Part shown: in pieces, positions 11,601 to 24,724 of the stretch | Numbering within the stretch: the first letter of the stretch is position 1 | Layout: each line of letters begins with the position of its first letter | Position numbers and translations under genes: made by a program | NCBI RefSeq assembly: GCF_001194135.2 | Contig: NC_068996.1 | Location: 36,412,084-36,476,083 of the forward strand | Length of the DNA stretch: 64,000 bases | Origin: Octopus bimaculoides | Lineage: Eukaryota | Direction of reading: 5' to 3' | The notes under the pieces: generated by a model | The model's input: the letters and a program-made list of their open reading frames with translations, nothing else | What the model was told of the DNA's origin: nothing | The model's database searches: none

Positions 11601-14416
11601 GATGCATACACACACACAGACACACACACAAAGACACAAACAGCAACACACATATAAAAGCAATCGCACAGACAAACACACTCACACACACACGCCACAA
11701 TTATATACAATAACACAGCTATACTGAACTAACTCTGGGCTCACAACAACGTTCTTATGGTACATGCACATCTGGCCTTCCAACAACACTAACCCCTCTC
11801 TCTCTCTGTTTCTTTCTTTCTCTGTTTCTTTCTTTCTCTGTTTCTTTCTTTCNNNNNNNNNNGTTTCTTTCTTTCTCTGTTTCTTTCTTTCTCTGTTTCT
11901 TTCTTTCTCTGTATGTAACGGATACTTCTTATGAAAAAAAAGGAGGGGTGGAGAGAAGCCGTGACAGGAATGGAGGTGTTCGGTTTGGCAAGGATGTGTA
12001 CTTTCTAGGGGCCACTTATTACCTGACCTCGTTCATAGGTAAAACAAAAACAAAAACAAAAACAAAAAATATCATCATGTTAATGTTTCTTTCTTCCTGC
12101 AAGAAGAAGAAGAAGAAAAAGAAAAAGAAGCAGCAGCAATGACTGAGTCGAGTCTGTGCATGTGTGTGTGTGTGTGTGTGTGTATGAGAATGTGCGTTGG
12201 AGAGTGACAGGTCGTCACCACCATCACAACAACACTACCTTGCTCAGCTGAGCCGAGGAAAGATAGTTTAATAATATAGATCAATACATACATACATACA
12301 TACAAGGCATGTGTGTGTATGTATGTATGTATGTATCTATCTATCTATCTATCTATCTAACTACTTCATATGTGTCTACGTGCGCGCGCGCATGTATATG
12401 CAAAGTGAAGAGAAGTGTGACCCTTAAAGAATCGGCTTTCATTAAACACACACACACACACACACACACCAAAGTATACAGATTTCTTCCTGTCAGCTAT
12501 TCAGTTAAAATTTCTTTTTTTTTTCGCCAATTGCATATACCGTCACACACAGACACACACACACACAGAGAGGAAGATTGAGAAAGTTCTAGGTGAATGC
12601 ACACGATGCTAGAATGCACGCAACCAGTATTGTAAAAAGGACAGAGAAAAAATCGTTGTCAGTAAAAAAACAAAACACACACACACACACAAAACCGGTT
12701 GTATATTCCTCTTTCTTAGAGGATGGCGTGTTTTTTCTAATTCTTTCTGATAGCGATTTCATTAAATCCGTGAATAAAATCACCCAAGCCATCCTCTTTA
12801 CCGATTCTAAACGATACCATAATTGGCTGTTTCTTTCGTTTATTTATTTATTTTAATTTTAATTATGCATTCTCCAAATGTGCAAAATTCTTTAACGGCA
12901 AAAGAAAAAAAGAAAAAAAAAAGCATAAAAGAAAATGTTTTCAAAATAAATCGTTTTTTTATTGTTTTTTGTTTAATTACTTTCTCATTTTATTTATTCT
13001 AGATTTTTTTTCTTAAATATTTTATTCGGTGTCGAATGAAGTTTATATATTTTAATTAATTTATTTTATTTTTAGACTTTAATTTTCTATTTCCTGTCTT
13101 GTTTTTAATGCTTTTTATCGAAAAACAGAAATCTCCCCCCTCTCCTCCCCCGCCCTGCTCCCCATCTCCACACACATGCACCCCTCCCCTACAACCTTCC
13201 TCTGTACCCCTTAGTTACCGTTTCCATTCCGCCACCTGGTACGAGTATCAATTCACTAGGCCAAGTTATTTATTAGTTACTGATAAAGAGAATCACAAGA
13301 CAGTTTTTTTGTTTATTTATNNNNNNNNNNNNNNNNNNNNNNNNNNNNNNNNNNNNNNNNNNNNNNNNNNNNNNNNNNNNNNNNNNNNNNNNNNNNNNNN
13401 NNNNNNNNNNNNNNNNNNNNNNNNNNNNNNNNNNNNNNNNNNNNNNNNNNNNNNNNNNNNNNNNNNNNNNNNNNNNNNNNNNNNNNNNNNNNNNNNNNNN
13501 NNNNNNNNNNNNNNNNNNNNNNNNNNNNNNNNNNNNNNNNNNNNNNNNNNNNNNNNNNNNNNNNNNNNNNNNNNNNNNNNNNNNNNNNNNNNNNNNNNNN
13601 NNNNNNNNNNNNNNNNNNNNNNNNNNNNNNNNNNNNNNNNNNNNNNNNNNNNNNNNNNNNNNNNNNNNNNNNNNNNNNNNNNNNNNNNNNNNNNNNNNNN
13701 NNNNNNNNNNNNNNNNNNNNNNNNNNNNNNNNNNNNNNNNNNNNNNNNNNNNNNNNNNNNNNNNNNNNNNNNNNNNNNNNNNNNNNNNNNNNNNNNNNNN
13801 NNNNNNNNNNNNNNNNNNNNNNNNNNNNNNNNNNNNNNNNNNNNNNNNNNNNNNNNNNNNNNNNNNNNNNNNNNNNNNNNNNNNNNNNNNNNNNNNNNNN
13901 NNNNNNNNNNNNNNNNNNNNNNNNNNNNNNNNNNNNNNNNNNNNNNNNNNNNNNNNNNNNNNNNNNNNNNNNNNNNNNNNNNNNNNNNNNNNNNNNNNNN
14001 NNNNNNNNNNNNNNNNNNNNNNNNNNNNNNNNNNNNNNNNNNNNNNNNNNNNNNNNNNNNNNNNNNNNNNNNNNNNNNNNNNNNNNNNNNNNNNNNNNNN
14101 NNNNNNNNNNNNNNNNNNNNNNNNNNNNNNNNNNNNNNNNNNNNNNNNNNNNNNNNNNNNNNNNNNNNNNNNNNNNNNNNNNNNNNNNNNNNNNNNNNNN
14201 NNNNNNNNNNNNNNNNNNNNNNNNNNNNNNNNNNNNNNNNNNNNNNNNNNNNNNNNNNNNNNNNNNNNNNNNNNTGCATATATATATAATGGTATAAATA
14301 ATTAACGGAAAGCAAAAGATAAGTTGCTATCATGCGAATAATGTATATATATATGTGCCTGTGTGTTTATATATCTATCTATCTATCTATAAATATATGT
14401 GTATATCTATCTATCT

Positions 14417-14452
<36 letters not shown>

Positions 14453-14489
14453 CAAGAAGGACTCATATATACACATACACACATACGCA

Positions 14490-14630
14490 CTTGAAATGAA
14501 ACCAATAGTACAGCTACCATAATTACAGTTAACCAACAACATCGCCGATAGTTTTCTGTGACCAATGGAATTTCTGGTGTGTTCTCTTGAGATTCCCTAA
14601 TTAACAGCAGCGCATGCGCAAAGTCACTTT
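14490..14630. promoter_or_regulatory. Candidate cis-regulatory element
   Basis: Unique sequence with CCAAT at 14502 and 14562, NRF1-like GCGCATGCGCA at 14610-14620, TAAT cores. Confidence 0.3.
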
Positions 14631-16247
14631 TGGATCCCTCCCCCTTCTACTTTAATTTCTTTTTCTTTTTTTCTCCTTTCTCTATCTCTATATCAACAAC
14701 CAATTTCTTTCTTTCTTTCTTTCTTTTCTTTCTTTCTTTCTTTTCCTTTCTTTTCTTTTTCAAACAGTATTTTTCATCGTTCTCTTGTCGTCGTCGACTT
14801 ATCTCTCTATATCTTTTCCATGTTCTTTCTTTCTCTTTCAATCTTTTCCCTCCTCCTGCCTCACTCATTCCACTAGCTCTATACCACCCCACCACCACCA
14901 ACGACAACACTATCATCACCGACACCACCGCCATCATCATCATCATCATTGTTATTATTACTATAACTGCCACCAATCCCCCTCATCCGTCCTCCCTTCT
15001 GATGTGTCGCTCGCTTGACGCCCCTCCCTCCTTTCTCTTTCTCCCTCGCTATCTGCTATCACCCTCTCTCTACACCACCGTTGCTTCTGTTGCAGTATTT
15101 GCTCACTCCCTTCCCACTCCCTCCATCTACTCATCTCCTCCACCTCATACGCTCCCCTCACGCCGACTACCTCCCACCCCGCATCTCACAAGCTCTCACT
15201 GATACCCTATCCCTCCCACCCTCTCTCTCTGTGTCTTTCTTTCTTTTTCACTCTCTCACACATACACACACGCACTCACTCTCTCTCTCTCACTCACTCT
15301 GTCTCTCTTTTCTCCCCTCTCCCCTCCATCCTACTTCTCTCCGTCTTTCCCCACTGTCTTTCTACCTCGCTCTCACTCTAAAAATAACCATCAGCTAACT
15401 TGTATTCCCGTACTCACTTCGCTTTAACTTGGACGAAAAGAAAAGAAAAGAAAAGAAAGAAAAAGAAAAGAAAGGAAAAGAAAAAAAAGCACAATCTCCC
15501 TTTTTTTCTTTCTTCTCTCACTTTTAAATATAGAGCTCAAACCNNNNNNNNNNNNNNNNNNNNNNNNNNNNNNNNNNNNNNNNNNNNNNNNNNNNNNNNN
15601 NNNNNNNNNNNNNNNNNNNNNNNNNNNNNNNNNNNNNNNNNNNNNNNNNNNNNNNNNNNNNNNNNNNNNNNNNNNNNNNNNNNNNNNNNNNNNNNNNNNN
15701 NNNNNNNNNNNNNNNNNNNNNNNNNNNNNNNNNNNNNNNNNNNNNNNNNNNNNNNNNNNNNNNNNNNNNNNNNNNNNNNNNNNNNNNNNNNNNNNNNNNN
15801 NNNNNNNNNNNNNNNNNNNNNNNNNNNNNNNNNNNNNNNNNNNNNNNNNNNNNNNNNNNNNNNNNNNNNNNNNNNNNNNNNNNNNNNNNNNNNNNNNNNN
15901 NNNNNNNNNNNNNNNNNNNNNNNNNNNNNNNNNNNNNNNNNNNNNNNNNNNNNNNNNNNNNNNNNNNNNNNNNNNNNNNNNNNNNNNNNNNNNNNNNNNN
16001 NNNNNNNNNNNNNNNNNNNNNNNNNNNNNNNNNNNNNNNNNNNNNNNNNNNNNNNNNNNNNNNNNNNNNNNNNNNNNNNNNNNNNNNNNNNNNNNNNNNN
16101 NNNNNNNNNNNNNNNNNNNNNNNNNNNNNNNNNNNNNNNNNNNNNNNNNNNNNNNNNNNNNNNNNNNNNNNNNNNNNNNNNNNNNNNNNNNNNNNNNNNN
16201 NNNNNNNNNNNNNNNNNNNNNNNNNNNNNNNNNNNNNNNNNNNNNNN

Positions 16248-16291
<44 letters not shown>

Positions 16292-17076
16292 TGAGTGAAA
16301 GAGTGAGAGAGACAGAGAGAGAAAACGATTAGATTTTATGTCTATATATGTGTTATTATATATGTATATGTATTTGTATATATCCCTATATACGTGAGTG
16401 TGTGTGCGGGAATTTGATATTTATGTGTATATAAGTTTGCGCGTAAATTTCTGTACAACATACTATTATTGCCTTTGTTTCAGAAAAGCCATGTGAAATG
16501 TACACAAAGATATGTCTGCTGAGGCAGTACGCGCGTATGCAATACATACATACGTACACACAGACACAGAACAGAGAAAGTGAGAGAGAGAGAGAGAGCC
16601 CGACCCCCGTTTGCCACCCTCTTCCGCCACACTCTACGCACGCATACACACACAAAGCACCCCGTATCCCCATATACACCGCGCACGCGTTTCTCTGGCA
16701 CGCGTTTGTGTTTGGCACGCGCGCATGTCCACCGAAAATGTATAACGCAATTAGCACGCTAGCACCAGCTTCCGCAGCACAAGCACTCGCGCTCGCACAC
16801 ATACTTACACATACATACTCGCACATTCATACACACACACTCACATCAATACATACACAACTATATAAACACACACACACACATTGCTGTAGTCAAACAT
16901 ATGTATCATAATAAAAGACATACACAACAAACATTTACGCACTCACACGCTCGCACAAATATAAGTGTGTGTATGTGCGTGCGTGTGTATATATATATAT
17001 TTCACACTCATTCCCATATACCGCCATACACTCTCATAAAAAAAACGCACGCACACACTTGTACACACGTGTCCAC

Positions 17077-17114
<38 letters not shown>

Positions 17115-17399
17115 CGTGTGTATTATTTTACAACCAAATATATCTGCTTACTTGGCATCGTTTAGCTATCTTAGTATTTTCGTTTTATCATCCTTATCAT
17201 GGCTTTCATCGTTCTTTTTACTCTCCCCCTTCCTCTTTTTATCATGTTCACACACACATACATACGTATACACATACGTGTGTCTTTGTTCCCTTCCATA
17301 CACGCGCGTGTGTGTGTCTCTGTGTTCGTATGTAACACAGATCTATTTAATTTACACATGAGTTGAGAAGAAAATGTGTAAACTAATGAGTAAGCTAAG

Positions 17400-17540
17400 T
17401 GAAAATAACCGTAACCGGGAATTGAAACAGCTTCGCGGATTCGGTTCGCCGGTTGCTCACCGCTATCCTTGGCGACAGTTACTCATACGCCTCAGTTGTT
17501 ATAATTGGAGGGCCATTCAATCAGCTTTATATATATCTCC
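17400..17540 (-). promoter_or_regulatory. Candidate promoter / non-coding first exon
   Basis: CpG-dense unique segment; minus-strand TATATAAA at 17526-17533 and donor-like CG|GTGAGC at 17460. Confidence 0.25.
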
Positions 17541-17684
17541 TCTTCTTTTACAAATAAATCATGAGTTATTTTTTCTTTTAAATTATACCCTTCTGGGTCT
17601 GAAAAATAAAATACCAGTCAAATACTGGTATCGATTACATCGATTTACACCAGCAATGTAAAGTTAGAAATCATCGTATTAAGT

Positions 17685-17880
17685 TAGATTGGCAGAATCG
17701 TTAGAGCGTCGGACAAAATGCATTGCGAAATTTCTTCCGGCTCTTTGCGTCCTGAGTTCAAATACCGCTGATGAACCCCGTCTTTTATCCCGTGGAAGGT
17801 GAATAAAAAAAAGTACTAAGGTAGATGGTATCAACTAATTTCCTCCCCTCAAAATTACGAACCCTCTGCCTAAAGAAGAA
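17685..17880 (+). mobile_element. SINE family B
   Basis: TTGGCAGAATCGTTAG..CTGAGTTCAAAT.. to AAACCTCTGCCTAAAGAAGAAA-like tail. Confidence 0.8.
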
Positions 17881-20074
17881 ACATTTAATGGAAATAAATC
17901 TATCTCTTCAGCTCCGTTCTCTTTCTGTATCTCTGTTTCTGTCTGTTTGTCTCATTCTGACTGTGACAGTCACAATGAGTACCAGTGATATGTTGAGGTT
18001 GACTAGATCGCATTTCACTCTTTGTTACAAAAGCAATCGGCTTTGTTGTACAATACAAAAGAGATGTTTCTTTTTTCTGTTTCAAGTTATTTCGCTTTAT
18101 GTTGCTAAATAGCCATGGGAAAGGCATGAACATCACGTATTCTCGTTTATCTATATAAACCTTTTTGCCTTCTGTGCTTAAGAAATTTGTCAGTGGTAAG
18201 TCTCCTGGAAACGACCGTTTTCTTGATTTGGTTATTTTCATTCCATTTACAACACATTGTCATTAGAAAAAGCATGAAATGCATGAACGTCACAGCATCC
18301 ATCGAGAAGTAGAGTCTATACACATCCTTTCTCGCGGATTCGATTTCGAGGGTTTAATAAATTTCACTTAAATGTTGTTGATTTGGTAACAATAAACGAT
18401 TAAATTTTCTCTCCCTTCTCTTAAAAAGCATTTTACTCTGCCGAAAAAAATACCGCCAGGGTATCATATTTCTCTCTTTGCCTTTTGTTAGTAAAATGAA
18501 GTACCAGTTAGATGTTAGGGTCGAGTTGATTGGTTATATTTTGTCTTACAAGCTTTGGCCGTTTGCCCAGTCTTAAGAAATTGTTCTTAAATAATGACGA
18601 CAACGATAATTATGATCACGGTCATCATCGTAGTCAGAAAACTCAAGTCACATCCTGTTACAGTATTGAAGTTATTATTTCACTTGTTTTTTTTTTTTTA
18701 ACAACAAACATTGCTTTCGTGACAAAGAGCTGCTACGTTTCAATTCCCTGTTACAAAGTCATCTTTAGACAGAAAACAAAAGCAGCGTAATCAACACATC
18801 AAATTTCATTCTCTAAGACGTTGCTACAAATTATTCAAATATTTTCCAAACTCCAGTCGTAATCATTTAATTTAATTAAACATACACACACATATTATTC
18901 TTTTAATCATTTATTATCTTTTTGGAAGATTGAAACTCGAAGCAATAAAGCTATAAGATAATAAATAGCTTGTGAATATTGGGTTTAAAAAACCCTTTGA
19001 ATAGAAAATGCCGAAGGTTGCTCATAAAGCACGAACCCACATATATGTGTGTGTGTGTGTTGCTGATGTTCTTCGGAAAGGCATGAATTTCACAACCTTA
19101 CATTATCTCTCACTTACGTACACTTCGTGTTTTAATAAAGAAAGAATGTTTTCACAAGCCTACGTGGTAAACAATTGTTTTTATCAAGTTTAAAAACTGA
19201 TAAAATAACTTTCAACAGTTGGGGTTTTCTTGTGTGTTAACATGTCTGTGTGGATGTGTGCGTGTATTTATGTTTGTGTGTGTGCGTGAGTGCGCGCGCG
19301 TGTATGATTGCTGTGTGGCGGGAGGAGGAGGAGAAAGAGGTGTGCATGCGTGCATGTGTATGTGTATATACGACACTATATCACTATGTATAGCAGGAGG
19401 AGGAGGAGAAATAGGCGTGTGTGTGTGCGTGGTGTATGTACGACCGTGTATATGACTGCGTATAGCGGAAGGGGGAGAAGGAGGTGTGTGTTAACATTAG
19501 AGAGCGTGTCCGCGCGCGTGCTGGTTGGGGGAAAGCGTGAGGAGAGACGGCCTATAGCAGCGAAGTGAACGTGTGTACAGTAAGGGGAAGATGTGTGCGA
19601 AATACACGCAAGCACGCGCTCGTGTGTGTGTGTGTGTGTGTGCGCGTATGTATAGCAAGGTGAAGGTGTTTTGCATGATTGTGCATATAAGTGCAGCAGA
19701 CAACGTGTATGTGATGCAAGATAAAAGTGTCTGAGAAAGAAAAGAACGTGTGTATGTGTGCATTACGAAAGTGTATGTGTGTGAGTATGCACGCAAGAAG
19801 GCGGAGTTGCCTTCCCGCGGCACTGCACACAATAATTGTAAACTATGTATATATATATACACAGCAACATGAAGTGTGTGTATATAGACATGGTTAACAA
19901 GCCTTCAAGTGGTCATTCGACCTGCTAAAAATAATACCTAAATCTCCATCAAATTAAACGGATGATTTAGTCTAAGCCTTTGGTCATAGTTTGGACCTGG
20001 GGGTAGATAATGACTGAAGGAGAAAAATACAATAAAAAAACAAGACCAAAGATGGTAATTAAAGGATTGGAATG

Positions 20075-20300
20075 TTGTAAGTACGGTCGGTTCGTATAGT
20101 CGTTAAAGTATCGAACAAAATTCCCTGTGATTTTTTTTTCTGCCTTGTACGTTCTGAGTTCAAATTCCGCTGAGGTCAACTTTGCCTTCTATCATTCCTG
20201 GAATCGATAAAATAAAGTACCAGTTAAGTATTGAGCTTAGTCTAACCGACTAACACCATCCCCTTAAAACTGCTGGCCTTTTGCCAACATTTGAAAGAAT
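20075..20300 (+). mobile_element. SINE family B, degenerate
   Basis: GTTCTGAGTTCAAATTCCGCTGAGGTCAACTTTGCCTT..CTGGCCTTTTGCCAACATTTGAAA. Confidence 0.8.
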
Positions 20301-20339
20301 TATTATTAGAATTAGTAGTGATGGTACGGTCAGAAAAAA

Positions 20340-21160
20340 AATCCATTCGCAGCCAGAACCACCAACGAAAACTGGTCTCGTGATGGTCTCAGTGTTGGTG
20401 TGCAGATCAATGTCGTCTTAAAGCATGTAGAGATTGGGTAATTGCTGAAGAGAGTAAGGGCCCAATTCCGATCTATGTGTTGCTGTAAGGTCCAAGGAAT
20501 TTGATTTGTTCGCAGGGATGGGGGAGGTTATAATGCTGCTATGAGGGCCTTGATGCAGACACACGAAATTGAACTAGAATAACTTTTCACGGAAGCAAAT
20601 GCATCTTTTGAAGGTTTAACCTCCAAAATTGTTGAGTCGTCTACCCTTGCGATTTTGTGACGTCCGTCGCCTAATGTTGCTAAAAGGTTGGCATAATGTA
20701 AACCCTTCTACAATCACCCACCCACTGCCATCGAAACACTTTGTTATGACACAATAATGAGTAACTTCCATAAATTCTATCGTTTAGCAGATTACACTTC
20801 CAAGCCGAGATATTGTAGCAGAACCTTGCAGAGACGAAGCAATGACAGGTATATCGCAACTGCACGGACACATTCCAGAGAACTCTGACTACTAGTTGTG
20901 CGAACATCGATCAGACGTTTGGAATCACATGTAGGATAGATTTCACTATCGAACTTTGTGCACTGCGTGAAGATAGTTTTTATTATTTCACTTTGTGAAA
21001 ATCGGTTTGAAAGTTTCGGTTCTCTCCTGGGTAGCTTATAGTAAAAACAGTTGGTGTGGTTGTCATGGCGATAAAGGTTGAAGGGGTGTCATTTATTCTA
21101 TGATAAAATACATGCCAAAATTCTTTTTGTAGTACATCAAAGTAGCCCCCCCCCCCAATT
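20340..21160 (-). mobile_element. Possible very old mariner-like remnant (uncertain)
   Basis: Only a short HTH-like peptide RIYGSYSLLCHNKVFRW on the minus strand; no TIR pair or catalytic motif recognised. Confidence 0.3.
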
Positions 21161-21475
21161 GTTATTTCAAGAGATGCCATATTGATAAAAGAGATTCTCT
21201 GGTTTCATTTTTTAGGTTCAGTTACAGAATATAGTGGGCGAGGAGGAGAGCCCGCAAGGACAACATTAGGAATTCGGTTATAGTCTTTTCAAGGTAAAAG
21301 CCAAACACACACAGTGTGTGTACAAAAGAAGGCATATGTGTGTACGTGGTATATGTATGTACACACACACACACTCGTTTTAGCGTATTTTCCATCTTGT
21401 ATGGTCAGACAAAATTCATTGAGGTAGATTTTCTACGGCTGGATTGCTCATCCTGGCGTCAACACTCACGTATCT

Positions 21476-21521
<46 letters not shown>

Positions 21522-22064
21522 TGGGAGGCAGTCTGTATTATGTTTATATGTATATATCTGTGTAAATAAATAGATACATATCCATTTACATGTATTGGAA
21601 GTGCGCTTATGTATACATATATAGGCACATGAACATGTTATATATATATATATATATATATATACTTGTACATATATATGCGTATATCTACACGTATACA
21701 TATGCGTGTTAATGTACACGTGTATGTGTATCTGTACAGGTAAACGCGTTATGCGTGTTTATATATATGCGTGTGCATAGATATGTATTTTATATGTGTG
21801 TGTAGATTTGTGAATGTACATATATAAAGATGTATGTTCATAGAAATGTATATACATTGATTGTATGTATGTATGCGCATGTAAATAAAGGCTCAGGCGT
21901 AGCCCTGTGATATGAACAAATGCATGGCGGCACTACTTGAAAACAGAGGTCCCGATGCATCTACGTAACGATATGAAGGGGAGGGTTAGTTAGGGTTACG
22001 GTGTCATTACACGTCCATACAGCGTACATTTGAAATGTTTTGTACGTAACACCTGTATTTAAAT

Positions 22065-22435
22065 AGCACCGGCATGGCTGTATGATGAAGTTTGCTTCCC
22101 AACCATGTGGTACTGGGTTCAATTATACCGCGCGGCACCTTCAGCAGGTGTCATCTATTATAGCTCCGGGCCTTGTGAACGGGTGAACGGGTTTGTAGAT
22201 GGAAACTGAGAGAACCCCTTTGTGTGTGTATATGTTTGTTCCCCACCATGACTTAACGACGGCCGGTGTTGCTTTGTTTACCTCCTCGTAAATTAGCGGT
22301 TCGACAAAATAATATGTACTTGGCTTTAAACAAACGTAAAGTTCTGAGATCGATTTGCTCGACTGAAAACCTACAAGACAGTGCCCCAGTATAGCTGCGG
22401 TTTAATGATTAAAACAAGTAAGGAATAAAAGATAA
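22065..22435 (+). mobile_element. SINE family A, CpG-retaining
   Basis: Collinear with the 25621 copy; tail GTAAGGAATAAAAGATAAA. Confidence 0.85.
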
Positions 22436-22559
22436 ACTCATACACATGTATACATGTACACACATATTTATATATATACTGTATGTTTGTATATCTTGTA
22501 TATGTGTGTGTATATTATCGCCACACCCAATTCTGTTTCTTTGTATTTTCCTTTTTGGT

Positions 22560-22920
22560 GCTTTTATTGCCCATAAAGAAACGATTGAGGCTGAAAGGCA
22601 TGAGGACATTTCTCTTTGGTAGAGCTCTCATTGACTTCAACTTTCCTTTGAAAAGGAAATTGAGAGTGGAGAGGGAAGTGCTGTCTTCGAGCGAGTTTAT
22701 TGAAAGGTGGGTGAAAGATGCGAAAATGGCAAGAGTGGATGGTACCTCTCTAAGTGTAGACCTGTGAGTCGGAGAGAAGGAATTGGAGAGGGCACTTGCT
22801 CTTTGTGTTTCACGGAAACCTCGGACAGTAGGGTACCTCGATTATCCCTCGAGGCCCTACTGTACCTTGAGGGCCACATCGCTATCATCTTACCCGCTAC
22901 TTTTTTTTTAAAGCTTTGTA
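22560..22920 (+). mobile_element. L1/Tx1-type LINE 3' end (ORF2 C-terminus plus 3' UTR)
   Basis: Peptide ALIDFNFPLKRKLRVEREVLSSSEFIERWVKDAKMARVDGTSLSVDL* resembles the R/E-R..F..RW C-terminus of L1/Tx1 ORF2; recognised from memory, not by search. Confidence 0.55.
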
Positions 22921-23413
22921 TGCTAAGCATATGTTCCTTCTTTTTCAGTGTTCACCGTGTATACTTAATTTCTTTTTTTCCTTTTTTTTTATCATTTCAT
23001 TATATGTAAACCCCCACACTTTATGTCTATGTATTGTCCCCCCCCTCATCCTTCGCCCTTGTGGCAAATAACTGAAATCATTATTATTATCATTATTATT
23101 AAGCAGTTGAATAGCTAGCTTCATGTGGTTTGGGGACCAGCTGGTTGCGCGGCGGCGGCGTGGCAGGTCAGCTGCGGCGGCGGCAACTGTTGGCTGCATG
23201 TCAGCACGATCGTTTCTTTTGTTGCTCTTGTTGTTGTTGTCAAGTTTTGTTAAGACACAAGTGTTGTGTATTTGTACGTGTGTGCATGCACTCTTGTATA
23301 TATATATATACATGTGTTGGTTTCTATTATGTTTTTAATTTGTTTTGTTAAAACAAATGTTTTGAACCCTTATATCTTTGTTGGTCTTGTCGTAAATAAT
23401 AATTATAGCACTT

Positions 23414-23460
<47 letters not shown>

Positions 23461-23613
23461 TAGCCCATTACCCGTCGTATGACGGGTTTACTTTGAAAGT
23501 ATACTTTCGCTTTCATGGATATTATTAGGAAATATGACATACATGCATTAATTATAATCTTTTATAAAATTTCTTGGTGTTTTATACAAAATAATGAAAT
23601 GAANNNNNNNNNN

Positions 23614-23663
<50 letters not shown>

Positions 23664-23819
23664 GTGTCTATCTCTCCATCTCTCTATACTAAAGAATGAC
23701 TGGAGATATCAACCATCTAACAACAACATTTATATCGGTTACTATTTAATTTTACACACATACACACACACATACAAAGCGATTTAAAAGTCCAGCTAAC
23801 ATTGACCTAACTCTCTATC

Positions 23820-24020
23820 GGTTACAAAGACGATTGGGCTAGTTGATTCGATCAATTGCACAACCTGCTCATGAAATTAATGTGCAAGTAGCTGAGCACT
23901 TCATAAGCATGCTCACCCTAAATGTAGTTCTCAGAGAGATTCAGTGTTTCACAAAATGTGACATGGTTTGGCCCTTTGAATTATAGGTACAACTCATTTT
24001 TCTTGTACATAAGTGGACTG

Positions 24021-24060
<40 letters not shown>

Positions 24061-24460
24061 GTTTAACGTTCGCCTTCTATGCTAGCATGGGTTGGACGAT
24101 TTGACTGAGGACTGGCGAACCAGATGGTGGCACCAGGCTCCAATCTGATCTGGCACGGTTTCTACAGCTGGATGCCCTTCCTAATGCCAACCACTCCGAG
24201 AGTGTAGTGGGTGCTTTTACATGCCACTGGCACGAGGGCCAGTCAGGCGGTACTGGCAACGGCCACGCTCAAAATGGTGTTTTTTACGTACCACCTGCAT
24301 AGGAGCCAGTCCAGCGGCACTGGCAACGGCCTCGCTCGAATGTAAGGTGAAATAAAGTGTCTTTGCTCTAGGCACAACACACTGCCAGAAATCGAACTCG
24401 CAATCTCACGATTGTGATTCGAACACCCTAACCACTGAGGCACGCACCTTCCCCATCTAA
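23820..24460 (-). mobile_element. SINE family C split by a nested (GAT)n-tailed element
   Basis: 3' body at 23820-24015, tRNA-like head at 24343-24460, insert between them. Confidence 0.75.
24023..24342 (-). mobile_element. Non-autonomous element with RTE-type 3' tail
   Basis: (CAT)n-CGTTTAACGTTCGCCTTCTATGCTAGCATGGG..CAGCTGGATGCCCTTCCT; copies at 34802, 41510, 59150. Confidence 0.85.
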
Positions 24461-24724
24461 CATTAATATGAGCCGTATAACCTAACACCTGAGCTCAGTT
24501 GAGCTTCTCTCTGTACATCTCATCTCCCCATTTCATGCTTCCCTATTAGATTACCCAACTGACTGACATGATACCCGATCAACTTCCATGTTGTTTTTAC
24601 TGCCAACCCTGCGGACCATTCCAAGTAGTGGAACAGGAATACCGTTAAATTCTGTCAGTTTATTAGTATAATGAATATAGTCACTTTTCTATTAACGTTT
24701 TTGTAAATTGTGTAAATAATAATA

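Noticed and set aside
21975-22000. TTAGGG-like sequence
   Set aside because: Only one or two imperfect units; not a telomeric array.
23129-23147. GGGGACCAGCTGGTTG resembles pieces of the miR-133 complement
   Set aside because: The halves are in permuted order and there is no precursor hairpin.
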